Assembly (NCBI GenBank): GCA_963514005.1
Contig: OY740794.1
Location: forward strand, 33,666,001 to 33,730,000
Length of the DNA stretch: 64,000 nucleotides
Source: Raja brachyura
Taxonomy: Eukaryota
Reading direction: 5' to 3'
Below, in pieces: positions 1 through 12,990 of the stretch. The notes below the pieces were generated by a model that saw nothing but the letters and a program-made list of their open reading frames with translations, made no database searches and was not told the origin of the DNA. The first letter of the stretch is position 1; every line of letters begins with the position of its first letter. Both the position numbers and the translations under genes were made by a program.

Positions 1-427
1 ACCTAGGAGGGAGTGCTCAGAGCAAATTTTAAAAAGATTAACTCGTGGGGAATATTGTGGACTGACTAAAACACAGCAGACTATAGTGCAAAACAATTTA
101 TCACATACATTAAGAGAGTAGTCTCCAAAAATGTTACAGGTAGAAATAAGGGATGATGATTTACTCTTTAGGATTACAAGTGTGGCAGTTCAGTGCTACA
201 AGGATGTTTCAAGCATTAACACTCTGCTGCCCTCCAGTGTCCATTTTACTGCACTTCTGAGAATTTCAAATAATTTTTTATTACTTTACACCCAACTTGA
301 AGAAAACAAATCCTGGAAGAATTCCTGTTATCCTTGAATATCTTAGCCAACAGGGTAGATGTTTATAAGAAGGCTAACACGAAACAAGGAACCATGGTGT
401 AGATTAGTGCTGTTATAATCATAAACA

Positions 428-667
428 CTTTTTCTCACAGAGAGTGGTGAGTCTGTGGAATTCTCTGCCTCAGAGGGCAGTGGAGGCCAGTTCTCTGGAT
501 GCTTTCAAGAGAGAGCTAGATAGGGCTCTTAAAAATAGCGGAGTCAGGGGATATGGGGAGAAGGCAGGAACGGGGTACTGATTGGGGGTGATCAGCCATG
601 ATCACATTGAATGGCGGTGCTGGCTCAAAGGGCCAAATTGCCTACTCCTGCACCAATTGTCTATTGT
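428..667 (+). mobile_element. CR1-type LINE 3' end
   Basis: Encodes FFSQRVVSLWNSLPQRAVEA-like ORF2 C-terminus, followed by a 3' tail (gatcagccatgatcacattgaatggcgg...cctactcctgcacc) shared with other copies in the window. Confidence 0.85.
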
Positions 668-1879
668 CATCCAGCTCAAAAGCAAGCCCTTCGACCCTCC
701 ATGCCTGTGTCAAACATAAAGCACCCATCAATATCTAAAACAACATTCTAGCACACTTCTATAAGTGACTAGGCAGTAATGACTGTAATGAAGGACAATC
801 TTGCTTTGCACTTTCCCAACTGAAGGATAAGGGGCAATTGGGCAACATGCAAAAATCAGTTTAGTCAAACATTGACTTTAGATTTAAATAAATCTTTAAT
901 AAACCCAATTCATACAATTTGCCATTCAGTGGGTAAACAAATTAAAGAAATGGATTTGGTGACATCCATTTCCAATTGTCCTTGAAAGGATTACAAAAGT
1001 AACAATTAAGTGGTTCCCTGCAAAAGTACTCCAAGGATGGTTTAATTAGTAAATGGATCAATCTCTCTTCCATGACAAAACGCAGATTATTTCTGAAAAT
1101 TATTCTCTGGCGAATTTGATCTATACTGAACAAAAATGGATTGCTGTAATTGAGATGGGAAGAAAATCTGACCTGATTATATTCACAATTTGTCCCCTGT
1201 TTTACATATGTCAAGGATATCTTGCATGACTTTCCTATTACTCATCTGTGGATAATGCTGAAATATTGTAAATTGCAGTGTAGAATACATGTGAGGAGAA
1301 AATGTAATACACATTATTAACTACTATATTTAATGTGTTCCATTTTTTGCACAGAATGGGAAATAGGCTATATCAACTGTCTGTTCTTGTCAGCCTTATT
1401 TGTTCAGCAATACTATGGAATTACAATAACATATCTCTCATTTTTGTGCATATATGTAGCATTGAAGGTGTATCACACTGATGCACATATTTCTAGAATT
1501 GAAACCATCTCAGATTAATTCGTTAAGTATCGTCTTTATACTGGAAGAAATGTGAATCAGTGGCTACCGCAGCAGTTTTCAGAAGGCTGAACAAGTATCC
1601 ACTGATGCATACAAATCATGATAAACTTGATAATTATGGCATTGGATACCACAACTCCTATGGAGCAGACTATTTATAGAAGAACCTGCTGTAATACAGA
1701 ACTAGTTTATATCCTAAGGTGTGATTATGCATATTTAAAAGGGACATCATCAAACTAAAAGCACACCAAACAGAACAGGCACAGGTAAATTAGAATTAAT
1801 GAAATAAAAAGTAGCAAACCTCCTCCCCCTTCTGTCATGTGGTAGACTGAGACTCTCTCCCTCCCCCCCCCCCCCCCCC

Positions 1880-1975
1880 CCAAATTTCATGTTTCATGTA
1901 TTTTGTGTTTTTTTTATGACTGTTGGCAGATCAATTTCCCTCATGGGATAAATAAAGTTCTATTATATTATATCA
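1880..1975 (+). mobile_element. LINE 3'-tail fragment preceded by a poly-C run
   Basis: atgactgttggcagatcaatttccctcatgggataaataaagttctatt resembles a non-LTR element 3' terminus. Family not assigned. Confidence 0.4.
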
Positions 1976-2049
1976 TAAATAGGTTGATTCCATCCAAGTG
2001 TTTTAAAGCACGAGGCATTTACAAATGCATTTGTAAATATAATATACCA

Positions 2050-3120
2050 AAGCTGTCATGATTTACCAACTGATTGGAAAGCTGTGCACGTAGCTTCATT
2101 ATTTAAGAAAGATGAGATGATGGTGGATGAGCAGAGAATTAGTTAGCCTAATAGTTGTCAAGAAATTACTTGAGTCATAATGAAAACAAGTGGAAACAAA
2201 AAGCTCCAGGTGATCAAACAGAGCAAGACGACATTATACTGGGTAGATAAGGCCTGATGAAATGGAAGAAGTAATGAACAGAGGAATATCTATGGACATT
2301 GTCTGGATGGGTTTCCACAAGTCATTTGATGAAAACCCTCAAGAGGCTGTTGGGTTTGGAGAAAATTTGTAGATCTCACCAAGAAATTGGCTGAACAGCC
2401 AGGGACAGATAGGGATGATGAGCCATAGTCAAATCTGCAAGCTTTGACTATTGGGTCCAGGATATGTGTTGGGGAAATTTATTATATTGAGATGTGACTG
2501 AGATAGAAAGAAACATATCCAAGTCTGAGGATAACACAAAAATATATTGCAAACGCTGCATTTGAAAAGCATTACATTACAAAAATATATTAATACCTGG
2601 TGAGTGTTAACATTTTGGCAGATTTCAACATGGACAAAGTGTGAGGTAATCCACTTTGAGCTGAGAAGATAAGAATATTTTCTGTGGTGATACACACTAA
2701 AACAGATCCAATGTGACTACAATGTGGTCACATACAGAGTCTCATGGACAGGTACAAAAAGACAAATGTAATGCTGACCTTTATATGAACTACAAAGAAA
2801 TAAAAGTTAGATAGCAGCTATGGAAAACTCCAGTTGGATCAACTGGAATAATGAAATAAGTTTTAATCGCAACTGAAAGGACTTGGCAGGGTAAATCAAG
2901 AGTTAACATTTCTCCTGGCTGTAATGTCAAGGAGCAGAGGTCAGTCACAAATACAGGGCCAGCCATTCAGGAAACTGATGAGAAGAAATTCCTTCACGCA
3001 GTCTTGCGAATCTTTTGAAATTTCCTACCCTAGAAGTCTGAGAAGGATCCGTCACTAAGTATATTCATGGCAGAACTTTTAGGTATTATGAGAATCAATG
3101 AACGTGGACAGTGAAAAAAT
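2050..3120 (+). mobile_element. Highly decayed CR1-like LINE
   Basis: RT remnants (gattggaaagctgtgcacgtagcttcattatttaagaaag; aagtgtgaggtaatccacttt) and C-terminal motifs, with many stops. Confidence 0.55.
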
Positions 3121-3604
3121 TGTGAGAAAACAGGCAAGAGGAGTAGAACAATCAACTAATTTGTGTTTCAATCTGAGGAAGGAAATATTGTCTGAGGAAA
3201 AAGCACAGCATAAATTTTACATAATGAAACCAGGATTCAGAGGGTTAACCAATATGAAGAGAATACATAAACTAAGGTTGTACTTTCTGGAATGTAAAGA
3301 TTTGCTAGGTCAATTGCTAATTTTAAATGTAATACCTTTAACCAATTGGCTTAAAGGATACAAGCAAAGCCTGAAATAATAAAATCATTTCAGAGATATG
3401 GTATGATTATTGACATCTATGCCTAAAGATATGTGCACATACATTTGAATGCATATATCATTTCCATTGTTAGCCTTTATTGAAATGAAGTGTAGCTGAT
3501 ATTAAAGATGCAGTGTATGTTGAACAACTGAACAAAACTATCACAAGATTGTTGACAGCCGTTGAGTAAAAATAACCCTTCCCCAAATAGCTGGATTTAA
3601 ATGT

Positions 3605-4412
3605 GATTTTCCTGTGATAATATAAAGGCCGTATTAAAAATTCCTATAATATGGAGTTCAATATTGAAAAATAGAACAGATATTTGTGCCAGGTTTTCCA
3701 GTCACACAGATTTATGCATGAAGTGGCATGGTTCTATAAACAGTCGTACAAAGCACATTGTTCCCCTTCTTTCTCCCATTATACACCCATGATGTAGTTG
3801 GAACCTTTTGGGGCTTGGCTACACTGACAAAAAGGCTTAAACCATAATTTAACTAAGGTAATACAAGCTAATGATACTACTGAACCTGAAATGCAAGTTC
3901 AATATTCACACGCTGCCACTTAAACCTTGAGAGTTCGCTGCCCATGGAATACTTCCTCCAATCTTCAAACAGGTGGCCAAAAACAAGTAAGTGTGAGTGT
4001 GTGCGCGAGCGTGCGCGTCCATCATCACAGAATTGCAGCAATCAGCAGGGGGAGTGCACAAATAAGGGGAGGCAAAGTTAAGCAGGCAGGCAAGTGAGAA
4101 TGAGAATTTGCAGGGCCAGAAAGAATGCAGGAAAATGGAAGAGTTACTTCCAGTGATAATACAAAGGCCGCATTAAATTTTTCTTTAATGTGACCTTTCC
4201 TCCAATACACTGAAAAATAGAACAGATATTTGTGCCAAGTCTTATTTAGTCAGATTTATGCATGAAGTGGCACGGATCTTTTAGTAGTTGCATAAAGCAC
4301 ACTTTTCATCTTATTTTTCCCATCACATGCCCTTGATTTAGTTGGAACTATTGGGGCATGGCTGCACTGGCACAAAGAATGCCCGTGAACTATAATTTAA
4401 CTAAGGTAATAT
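3605..4412. repeat. Diverged direct duplication (~270-bp units at ~3605-3863 and ~4145-4412)
   Basis: Shared blocks TGAAAAATAGAACAGATATTTGTGCCA, CAGATTTATGCATGAAGTGGCA, TAGTTGGAAC and ATAATTTAACTAAGGTAATA. Confidence 0.85.
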
Positions 4413-4429
4413 AAAGTCACTAACAAAAC

Positions 4430-5160
4430 TGGAATGGGTAGAAAAATGACAGATGGAGTTTAAATTGAGCAAGTGTGAGGTGTTGCACTTGGAAGGTCAA
4501 ATACAAGCGGAAAATATACTCTTATGGAATGATCCTTAACAACATTGATGGACAGAGGGATCTTGGGGACCAAATCCATAAATACCTCAAAGTGGGAACA
4601 CAAGAGTGGTAATGAAGGGATATTGTATGCTTGCTTTCATAGGGCGACGCATCAAGTATGAGTCAGGAAGTCACAATACAGGTTTGGTTAGGCCCCAATT
4701 GAAGCATTGTGTGCAGTCTAGTTTGCCAGAATAATACCTGGAATAGGGGGTATTAGTTACAGGAAGAGTGGCAGATTTGGATTTTCTCTGGAAAGCTGGA
4801 GGATGCAGGAAGACCTGATAGAAGTATATAAAATTATAAGAGGAATAGATTGGGTAGACAGTCATAACCCTTTCTCAGGTTGGAAAAGTCAAATACTCGA
4901 AAGGCAAGCTTTCTGCTGAAAGGGGCAAACTTTAAAGGAGATGTGCGGGGCAACTTTTATTTTTGCAGAGGGTGGCGAATGATGAAACCCGCTGCTTGGG
5001 TTGGTGGTTGAGGCAAATACGAAAGTGGCATTTAAGAGACTTTTGTATAGGTAGATGGATATGTAGGGAATGGAATGATACGGATAATGTGGAGTTTAAT
5101 AAGAGATGGTCTTGGCATTATGTTCGGCAGACATTGTGAGCCGAATGGCCTGTTCTACTT
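4430..5160 (+). mobile_element. Decayed CR1 LINE 3' portion
   Basis: KCEVLH-, RDLG-, LVRP-L-HCVQ- and DLIEVYKII-like motifs plus the 3' tail. Confidence 0.75.
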
Positions 5161-5682
5161 GGTCTCACCATCAAAATTTATCGTGCAACAACACTTTTTT
5201 AAATTCAGGGGCTCATTTCAAATATCTAAACCCAGCAAATGTTATCACCAATGCTACAATATGCACTCTCTTTTGTTTTGCATGTTGCTTTTGCATATTG
5301 GTATATCATGTCTCACAACCTAATAATTTAAATTCATCGAGCAACAGTTGCTGTTATACTTCCTTCAAACACCAGTAAAAACAGTAACAGACAATTTGCT
5401 GACTAGGCAACGCATTTCATTCGTTTTAGAAATCCAGAAACATGGAAGGATATTTCTACTAGAAATATGTAGTCATTTTTATTTTAGAGTATCAGCAAAT
5501 CTTTCTTTCAAAGGTTATCAATGCAGCTGGTAGAACATAAAACCTTAAAGGATGGCACTCAATAGTTTCTAGTCAGCAGATGCCAATTAGAATTATTCCG
5601 AATAAACCAAAGACAATGCTCTAGAATCTAGATAGGTGAGCGGAATGGACATGGACTTCTCGGCCCCAAACTAAAACATACT

Positions 5683-5889
5683 GTTGGGGGTTACACAAAA
5701 AGCTGGAGAAACTCAGCGGGTGCAGCAGCATCTAAGGAGCGAAGGAGATTGGCGACGTTTCGGGTCGAGACCCTTCTTCAGACCCGAAACGTCGCCTATC
5801 TCCTTCGCTCCTTAGATGCTGCTGCACCCGCTGAGTTTCTCCAGCTTTTTGTGTAACCCTCGATTCTCCAGCATCTGCAGTTCCTTCTT
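5683..5889. mobile_element. Palindromic Penelope-derived mini-element with TSD
   Basis: Near-perfect inverted repeat at 5688-5859, an 11-bp TSD TAAAACATACT (5672-5682 and 5890-5900), and sequence matching the 3' terminal repeat of the Penelope fragments in this window. Confidence 0.8.
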
Positions 5890-6166
5890 TAAAACATACT
5901 CTTAATCAATTATTCAACAGAAAGTCCATGACAATATCTGGTGATGGGTTGCTTGATGGTGTACCAATTAAAGTGAGCCCACATACAATTATGAACGCAC
6001 TCTTCCTCTAACCCAAATCCAATTCCAGCATGTGGTATACCCACATCAGCACACAACTCACAACAATTTGCAATTACATCACATACATCTTTTTGCTGAA
6101 GGCTTTGTAAGCTCTGGAGTAAAACTGCAGCCTACGATTCACAAGTCTGACATTAGCGGAGCTCAC

Positions 6167-7020
6167 TGATATCTTCAATTTACAACCTCGGAGTACAATG
6201 ATCAGTGAAATACATTCCAAGCACAACTTAATATAATGATCTGCACAGACTGGGGTTGTGAACCATTCAGTCACTGGAATGCTGAGGTGTGATTTGGTTT
6301 TCTGCAGCAACAGATTGTCTTTGCATCACATTAACATTGGGATGGGGTCGGTAACCGATATATTTGGGAGTCAAACAGTTTACGTGCTAAATCAGTCACA
6401 TCTTGCGTATACTCAACTAAGACAGAGAAATGAGTGGATCAACTAAACTGGCTGAAATGTTTCGAGGTCTCTTAGTCCTTCAAGCACGAGCCTCCTACAA
6501 AAGCTACAAAGAGAGCCTTGTCGTGCAAAACAGTAAAACGGGTTAAACAAAAAATCATACATAAAAAGCTGGACGTGCAAAAAAACAATTAAGAGAAAGC
6601 ACGGTATGTGTAATTTGAACTAGGTTCACAGAATATGCCAATTAATAGGCAGCATAAAACCAAACTATTTACTCCAACCAGTAGAAACAATTTAAAATCT
6701 ATACTAGTTTTCTTGCCAAACCCAACCCAATCTTCCATTCTATCATCTCAGCTTTTTAATCGTATAGACTAGGCCCTATTCAGTCATTCAGTTTTCCTTT
6801 AAATGCAACTACACTATTTGCCTTAAACAAATTATGATAGTTAATTTATTTCTAAACTTAGAAAATATTTATTATTTCCCTCTGGTCTATTGGTAGTTAT
6901 TGCACCAAATGAGGATCTGATACCCACATTCTGTGCAGACCATTGTATTAATTTATATTTGTTTAAATGTGGTATGTTATTCACTGATCATTGTAATCTG
7001 AGGGTACAAATTCATAATCA
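6167..7020. repeat. Diverged inverted repeat (6167-6256 vs 6922-7020)
   Basis: TACAATGATCAGTGAA and TAATATAATGATCTGCACAGA match the reverse complement of TTCACTGATCATTGTA and TCTGTGCAGACCATTGTATTA. Confidence 0.8.
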
Positions 7021-7469
7021 TCCAGCACAGAAACAGGGCTTTTTGGTCAATCTCATTTGTGCTGCCCATCATGCCTTTCCCAGTGAATCCCATTTTCATG
7101 AAATAGCCCAGATCTTTTAATGCCATTCATATCTAAGTGGCATCCCAAATGTATTTTAAACATTGTGGCTGTATCTGCTTTTACCATCCATACTGCCAGC
7201 TCGTTCAAGCTCAAAGTCCCTCTGTACATCAACACTCCTGCCATTTACTCTTTTTGTCCTACCAGAATTCGATGCTTGCTAAAGCATACTGAAGCTTACA
7301 TGGATACAGGCATCCATGAGCTCAGTTTTTGATTCCCACCACGTAATTTTAAATGGCCTTTTAGATTTTGCCTAAACCTTTTTGTTACTTTCCAAGAGAT
7401 TAAATCACAGCTCCACTTTTATCTGTCAATACTTTCGTACTTTCTCCAGTGTTTCTTTATCCTTAAAGT

Positions 7470-7680
7470 AGAAACAAAGAACTGCAGATGCTGGTTAATA
7501 CTCAAAAGGACACAAAGTGCTGGAGCAACTCAGCAGGTTAGGCAGCATACCTGGAGCACGCAGATAGGTGGCGTTTGAGGTCAGGTCTGAAGAAAGGTCA
7601 CAATCTGAAACGTCACCTGTCCATATTCTCCAGAGATGCTGCCTGATATGCTGAGATACTCCACCACTTTGTGTCCTTTC
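7470..7680. mobile_element. Palindromic Penelope-derived mini-element (diverged)
   Basis: gaactgcagatgctgg...cacaaagtgctggag...ctgaagaa...gaaacgtcacc...ctccaccactttgtgtc. Confidence 0.7.
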
Positions 7681-10600
7681 TTCATCGTTTTTGGCTTTCA
7701 GAAACCAGAACTATTCATTGTGGTCTGCAAGCAGCCTAACCACTCATACATAGATTTGGCATCATTACAAATTAGCATTTGTAATTTGTTCCTGATTTAC
7801 TATGCCCAGCATTGTGATTTATTCACTTGTGTTCTGACATTGTTTATCGTCCAAGCTGTAAACGCATGTTTTCAATTTTCCTGACAATATTTCAATGCTA
7901 AAAGTTTATCAGCAACTTAACTACCCTATATTAATTTTAAGATGCAGTTCTTAAAGGCAGTATTTTTGTTCTGTATTATCTGCATTGTAATCTACCCATT
8001 CTAGTTTAGCATTAATGTGAACATTTGGTAATTGCCCTTGTCTGTCATCACTAATGAAAATTGTTGAACTTGTGAAAAAAAAAGCATTCCATAAGTACAT
8101 ACAAGTTAGAAGCCAGAGTAGTTACTCCACTCCTCAAGCCTACTTTGCCATTTAACAAGACCATGGATGATTTTGCAAAAACCTCAACTCCACATTGCCA
8201 TTTACCATAGTAACCAACTGCCTCCTTATCAAACATCTATCTGTTTTAAAAATATTGAAAAACACTGCTTCCATCAAGGAGACTTACAAAAATTCATGAT
8301 GCACTGAAAAATATGCCTCATCGCCTCCTTAAATGGCCAACTTACTTTTCAACGTCCCTCCAATCTGAAAACTACAATTTGTATCTATCCATAGCTTTAT
8401 ACCCTCAGCTAATTGGTATTAATTCACTCATTGTCCTATTTCCACTTACATCGGTCTTTGTCGAGTGTTTACTATGGGTATGTTATCAAAAGTCTTCTGA
8501 GAAAACATCAAGGGTCTGGTGCATTTGTCTTCTGCTTCTGTTACTTCTTCAAAACATATATAACCATTGATTAACCATGACAGCCTTTTGGAAATCATGC
8601 TATTTCTATCATACTTTCTGCATTTAGCTCTGCTTCTATCTCTTTTAAATTTGATTGCAATCTCTAACCTGGGCAGAGAGCAGAAATAGAAACAGGAATT
8701 TTAACAAAGAATGGATACCAACCAGTGTTGCAGAGCATCAAGAACAAATGCCTCACTGAGCTATGGAGACTTCTAATGGTTTCTCCTTGAAGAAAACTGA
8801 TCATTCTGCCAATGCTTGATCTTACAAAGGATGCTGATCACTGCCATGGTAATTTCGCATTAAATTTATCGTAAAGCTGTTGAGGCATCAGTCATATTGT
8901 ACATTTAACATTCCATTAAAGGAAAAATATTTTAGAATCCATTTACACAATTAACTCTTGAAGTGTGCAAAGCATTCAAGATGGGCAGCCCAGAAACAAT
9001 TACATTATATTATCACAAACCATATTATTTTGTAGTAAAAATACTTTGAATTTTTTTGGTTCACATTGCAAGATGTATTATTTCTCAATTCATGAGACGT
9101 CCATAAAACCCAAATATGCCCAGAACTCACGACACTACATAGAGAATTTCTCCTTCCACAGCCGCCAAGTTTGAAGAATTTCAAATCCTAATTTACATTT
9201 CTACCTGCTCTTTAAAATGCCAAGGGAATGCCAGTACAAGGGAAACCTAAAACGGGCATTCATGCAAATCAGGAACTGTATATCTTCGCAAAAAAAATCC
9301 ACAAATGCCCAAATCAGTAATGGGGATGTAAAAGCTACACAATGCTAGTTTTCAAAACTGCTGGGATCAGTGTGAATTCCAGGTCAAAGCTCTTTCAAAA
9401 ATGGAAGACATTGAAATTGCCTCATAAAATGTGAATGAGCAAGAACATATATTTCATGTAAAAGTTTGACCCTATCATTGATCCCACTTACAGCTGTCTA
9501 CTTTGGTCAGCTTTCTTTAGTATCATTAGCCAGTTTACCATCTTTGTCATTGAGGACACAAAAATGTATACCATTGATTTCAACTGTTAATAATCTCAAT
9601 TTAGAAAATAACTATAAAATCCCTGAAAGTCTTAAAAAATCCCATCTAATGGTGTTCAGGTCATGAATCGGTGTAGTCTACACCTTGCATACCCACCAAT
9701 GTGGTTCATTCTTAAAATACCATGAAATAGCCTATCACACTATGGAACTCAAGACTGATAACGTGCCATGAATGCAAGTGTTTGCAAGTGTTGTCCAGAT
9801 CTTGGAACATGAATAAGTATAAAAAAAACATTTACTGCAAAGATAAAGGTATAAATTGCATCTTCCTTGCTATTAGTCGAATAGAGTCATTAGTGTGAAA
9901 CTGAAATCACAGCCGAGACTAGATTTTAAGAAATGTTATTGGTTAATGGTTCGATCTGCAATTTGTGGGAAAGATCAGTTTTAAAGTACATTTGTAGATC
10001 AAGTTTGTGCATGAGGAGAAAGTGTAAGAAATCATTCAGCTTCATCTCTGGTCCTGAAGAAATCCCCAACAACAGCTATTTAAGTTAAAAAATAAGCCGG
10101 TTGACGATCTTAAACAAAATTTGTAGCAGTCATGTAATTTAACTCAAATTATATAACTAAATTAATTATAAAATTTAATTTTGAAAAAGTATCAACTAAT
10201 GTTGACGACATCAGTTGGCTGGTACAGTCTTCAATAGGTCTGAACTTGTCCTTCAGGCTCATGGCCCATAGAGTAATGTTCTAAATCAAACCTGAGAATA
10301 TTTACATGCTTCAGGCCATTTGAGCTTGCAAATTTCTTCGGCTGAAGTTCTCACTGTATGCTCTTCCACAAAGCACTTGAAAGCAATATAAGTGCAAGGA
10401 ACTAAAGATTCCAACAACTTGCTTTAAGCAGAATTTGAAGAACTAGCTCGGGTGTAGTGCATTAAAATTACAACTGAAATGAAAGGTTTCCTTTGTCATT
10501 CAGTGATAAGAGTAAAATGAGACCGCAAATACGACAAACCTTATAAAAGATGACGTACATTGATTAATATATATTCTGAGAGAAAATTCGCATTTTTAAT

Positions 10601-10759
10601 ATTTTATGGTTACAGCAGTTTTCTGCACAACAGGGAAAAGCAGCTCACATCAAATCTAGCTAATTACCACTAACATCAGCAAAGAGATGGAGGATGCCAT
10701 CAGCACTGCTATCAAGGGGCATCACTTTGCTCACCAATGCTCAGTTTTGGTTTTGCCAC

Positions 10760-11440
10760 AACCACTCCATTCCAGATCTCTTCAAAACCGTGGTCCAAAT
10801 ACGGACCAAACGGCTGGATTTCAATGCAAATGAAATGTGATTGCCCTTGGCATTGAAGCAGCATTTAACTGGGTGCAGCATCAAAGAACTCTGATAAAAT
10901 TGAATTCAATGGGTTTAAAAAAGAAAGCATTCCAATGTCTTCAAATTTTCACACATTAAGATAGTTGTGGTTGTTGAAGGTTGATTATCCTGCTGAGGAC
11001 ATGAATGTAGGCATCTCTCAGGGAAATGTCCTGGATCCAACCAGCTTCGGTTACTTCAATGTCCCTTCCTCTCTCATAAGACTAGAGTGGATATGTTCAT
11101 TTCCATTCCCAACTCTTCAGCAAATGAAGCAGTCCATGCTTCTCTTTGTACAGAAGCTGCTTGGCCTGTTGAGTGTTTCCAAGAGTTTTGCTTCAATACA
11201 AGTCCAGCAAGATCTAGATAGGGCATGGGCTGAAAAATGCTAAGTAACATTTATGCCACAAAAAGGCAAGGAATATCCATTTCGAACAATAAGGAGTCCA
11301 ACCACCTTACCTGCCCATTAGCACTGATTTTCATCAGAACAATTGTAGCAGGTCAAGGCAACAGTTCACCACTGCCATCTCAAGGGCATTTGTGGATAAA
11401 GAATTGTTGGCTCTGCCAGGAAAATCCAAGATCCCAAAAA
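10760..11440 (+). mobile_element. Old L2/CR1-group RT remnant
   Basis: GISQGNVLDPTSF resembles the GVPQGSVLGP RT motif, followed by QQDLDR-W. Confidence 0.55.
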
Positions 11441-12669
11441 ATGAATAGAAAAAAAGAGCAGGTAAAATATTTCTACCTAGCATTGGACACTGACATGAAA
11501 TCCAATTTCAACATAAAATGCTTTCAAAGTAATCTCAGATTTTGAAAATTACAACACAGCACTCTTATATCACACAGACACGTTGACTGTGAATTATAAA
11601 CTTTTAAAAATCTGGACTAATTTTACTTGTCCTTTTCTTTAGTCCATTCCTACATCTTTAACTGGCCCAATGGCGAATAAAGAGTCAATCACATTGATGG
11701 GAGTCACATAACGATCCTTTCTGAAGGACATTAGTGGACTGGATGCAATTTCACATTGCTATTATTAATGGGATGTTTTTAATTCTAGATTTTATTTATT
11801 TGTATTTTAATTCCCCTGCTGCCATGATGGGATTTTAACTCATGTACCTAAATCAATGGAGCTGGAGTCTGGATACTAACGCAGTAATATGATCAATAAG
11901 TTGCTGTACACATACTTCCATAAGTCAGGGCTAAATATTTAACTTCAATATTTAAAGTAATCATGACAACATTTCTCTAAAGTTAACCTCTCTGCACAGA
12001 GAAACTCCATTTTAAATGTTTATGAAAATGTTTAACACTGCAAAAACCTTGAAACATTTTCAGAAATTAATAAATTTGCAGGAACTTGGCAGTAGCACCT
12101 TCTGGACCCAAAATGGACATAAGCATTCAGTGATACAAGGCACTGGAAAAAGTCCCTGCTTCAAGCTATAATCTATGCAGAGTATTGAGAAAAATGAACG
12201 GTGGCAAGGAACACATTTAACCTCATGCAAAGGAAGCAGAAACAAGCATTAACGTCCTAATTTATTACTCGGATGGCTCTGTAAACACTTGGGCAACCTC
12301 GATCTCATTTGATAACTATCAATCTATCATTTGATTGTTATCAATCCTTTCACCACCCACTCTGCAACTTGAAAGTAAGAACCTGTTTTTTTTCACTTTC
12401 CCAGTTGTGATGGGTGTCCACCCGAAACATGAACTGTTCGTCTTTCAGTTGATGCTGTCTGACCCTCTAAATATTTCCGGCATTTTCACTTTTTGTTTCA
12501 GATCTTCAACATCTGCAGTTTTTATGATTTTTCATGTTGCCTTAGCTTGGTTTATATTTTTGCTCATGAGTCAGGAGGATTTGTAATCATGATCTGACAT
12601 CAATAATGCTGCATTATTCGAGATGCTGTTCTTCAACTAAGACATGGTACAGTTATATTTAAAAGGACC

Positions 12670-12990
12670 TAATGTGGTGGAGTAACTCTGCAGGTCAGGC
12701 AGCAACTCTGGAGAACATGGATGGGTAACATTTCGGGCGAGACCCTTGTTCAGGCTGATTGTACGGGGTGGGTGGAGAAATCTAAATTAGGGGAGAGGCA
12801 GGACAAAATGTTACAGGTAATAGAGTTGCGATTTGCGAAGCTAGAGGAAGGAGACTAGCTTGCGGGCGGGGGGAGGAGGAGGAACATGCTATGCTTCGTC
12901 CTCCCTCTCCCAGTTTTCTTCTCCCTCCCCACTACAATCAGTCTGACGAAGGGTCGCAATCTGAAACGTCACCTATCCATGTTCTATGCA
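12670..12990. mobile_element. Penelope terminal-repeat fragments in inverted arrangement
   Basis: ggagtaactc...gagacccttgttcag on one side and cagtctgacgaagggtcgcaatctgaaacgtcacc on the other. Confidence 0.65.

Noticed and set aside
4148-4210. Cassette exon (TTTTTCAG...GTAACT on the minus strand) in the second duplicate
   Set aside because: The AG is absent in the paralogous copy, the donor is weak, and the peptide is unrecognisable.
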